64,000 bases of DNA from an uncultured delta proteobacterium (GTDB lineage Bacteria; Desulfobacterota; Binatia; Binatales; Binataceae): contig CAWEEQ010000004.1 in NCBI GenBank assembly GCA_963808235.1, positions 2,784,001 through 2,848,000 on the forward strand. The letters are read 5' to 3'. Both the position numbers and the translations under genes were made by a program. Under the pieces are notes generated by a model that saw nothing but the letters and a program-made list of their open reading frames with translations, did not search any database and had not been told where the DNA came from. Below, one piece after another: positions 63,050 through 64,000 of the stretch; within the stretch, counting starts at the first letter, position 1; every line of letters begins with the position of its first letter.

Positions 63050-63889
63050 CTACGAGTTGCGGGCGGGTGTGCTCAGATCAATCACACCTTCGTTGAGCGA
63101 GCCGGAGCGAAATCCCTTCAAGTCGATGGCGACGAAACGAAAGCCGATTTTTTTGAACTCGCGATCGACGGTCTCGCGAATCTGGGGCTCGAAGATGCGC
63201 GCCATCTCGCTACGCTCGAGCTCCAGGCGCGCAACTTCGCCATGGAAGCGGACCCGCGCGATCTTGAAGCCCATCGAATGCAGCAGACGCTCGCCCGCCG
63301 CAACCTTTTGAAGCCCCTCAGGTGTAATCGTGGTGCCGTAGGGGAAGCGGGAGGACAGGCACGGCGACGCGGGGCGATCCCAGGTCGGCAGACCCATCGC
63401 GCGCGACAGTTCGCGAATCTCGGCCTTGCTCAATTCCGCTTCGACCAGCGGATGACGGACCCGTTTTTCGCTCGCCGCCTGCATTCCGGGCCGGTAATCG
63501 TGCAGGTCGTCGAGGTTGAGGCCGTCGACAATTTCGTCGATACGGAGTTCCGCCGCCTTGGCCTCGCAAACCGTGAACAGGTTGTGCTTGCAGAGGTAGC
63601 ATCGATTGATCGGGTTTTGCGCGTAGCCTGGAATTTCGAGCTCGTTGGATTCGACGATGAGGTGGCGCGCGCCGATAACTTGCGCCATCGCGAGCGCCGA
63701 TTCGCGATCCTCTTCGGGCATGGTGGGCGAAGTAGTGGTAAGCGCCAGCACGCGATCGCCAATGGTGTCGTGCGCGACTTTCAGGACGAAGGTGGAATCG
63801 ACGCCGCCGGAAAAGGCGACGATCACGGAGCGCATCGGGGCGAGGATCGCGCGCGTCCGCTCGAGCTTGGTGTCCAGTATGGTACTCAT
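63050..63889 (-). CDS. larE: ATP-dependent sulfur transferase LarE family
   Basis: AFSGGVDS, RCYLCK, DYRPG, SPCLSSRFPYG, FRSGSLN. Confidence 0.92.
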   Translation of the reverse strand: MSTILDTKLERTRAILAPMRSVIVAFSGGVDSTFVLKVAHDTIGDRVLALTTTSPTMPEEDRESALAMAQVIGARHLIVESNELEIPGYAQNPINRCYLCKHNLFTVCEAKAAELRIDEIVDGLNLDDLHDYRPGMQAASEKRVRHPLVEAELSKAEIRELSRAMGLPTWDRPASPCLSSRFPYGTTITPEGLQKVAAGERLLHSMGFKIARVRFHGEVARLELERSEMARIFEPQIRETVDREFKKIGFRFVAIDLKGFRSGSLNEGVIDLSTPARNS

Positions 63890-63898
63890 CTGCAGGCT

Positions 63899-64000
63899 CT
63901 AGATACCCTCGGCCTGGAAAAGATCGGTGGTGAGATAACGCTCGCCGGTATCGCAGAAAACCACGACGACGATTTTGCCTTTGCCGAGGCGTTTTGCGAT
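63899..64000 (-). CDS. cysK: Cysteine synthase, 3' end
   Basis: Manual translation IAKRLGKGKIVVVVFCDTGERYLTTDLF. Confidence 0.8.
   Translation of the reverse strand: MAKRLGKGKIVVVVFCDTGERYLTTDLFQAEGI

Overview
High-GC, diderm bacterial chromosome segment. Gene content and style suggest a deltaproteobacteria-like lineage such as Ca. Binatia; this is inference only. Core blocks: kdsB-pyrG-kdsA-[methyltransferase]-lptC-lptA-rpoN-hpf-ptsN-rapZ (no kdsD/kdsC/lptB), a partial complex I cluster nuoE-H-J-K-L-M-N, rsmD-coaD-aminotransferase, a solo groEL, rimI-carD-[hydrolase]-ispD, larE and cysK. The most unusual region is 36.28-45.88 kb. A ~65-bp sequence containing the promoter and ATG of a NUDIX gene recurs four times at near-constant spacing (3128, 3168, ~3126 bp). 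These copies partition an integrase-free island of five non-canonical RHS-core fragments (no DPxG autocleavage motif). Four fragments carry different C-terminal tips (three with six-Cys hairpins) followed by candidate immunity genes. Two promoter copies are fused in frame to RHS fragments. A second TPR gene is bracketed by ~230-bp inverted composite palindromic repeats. Four single-base insertions in otherwise intact genes look like sequencing errors.
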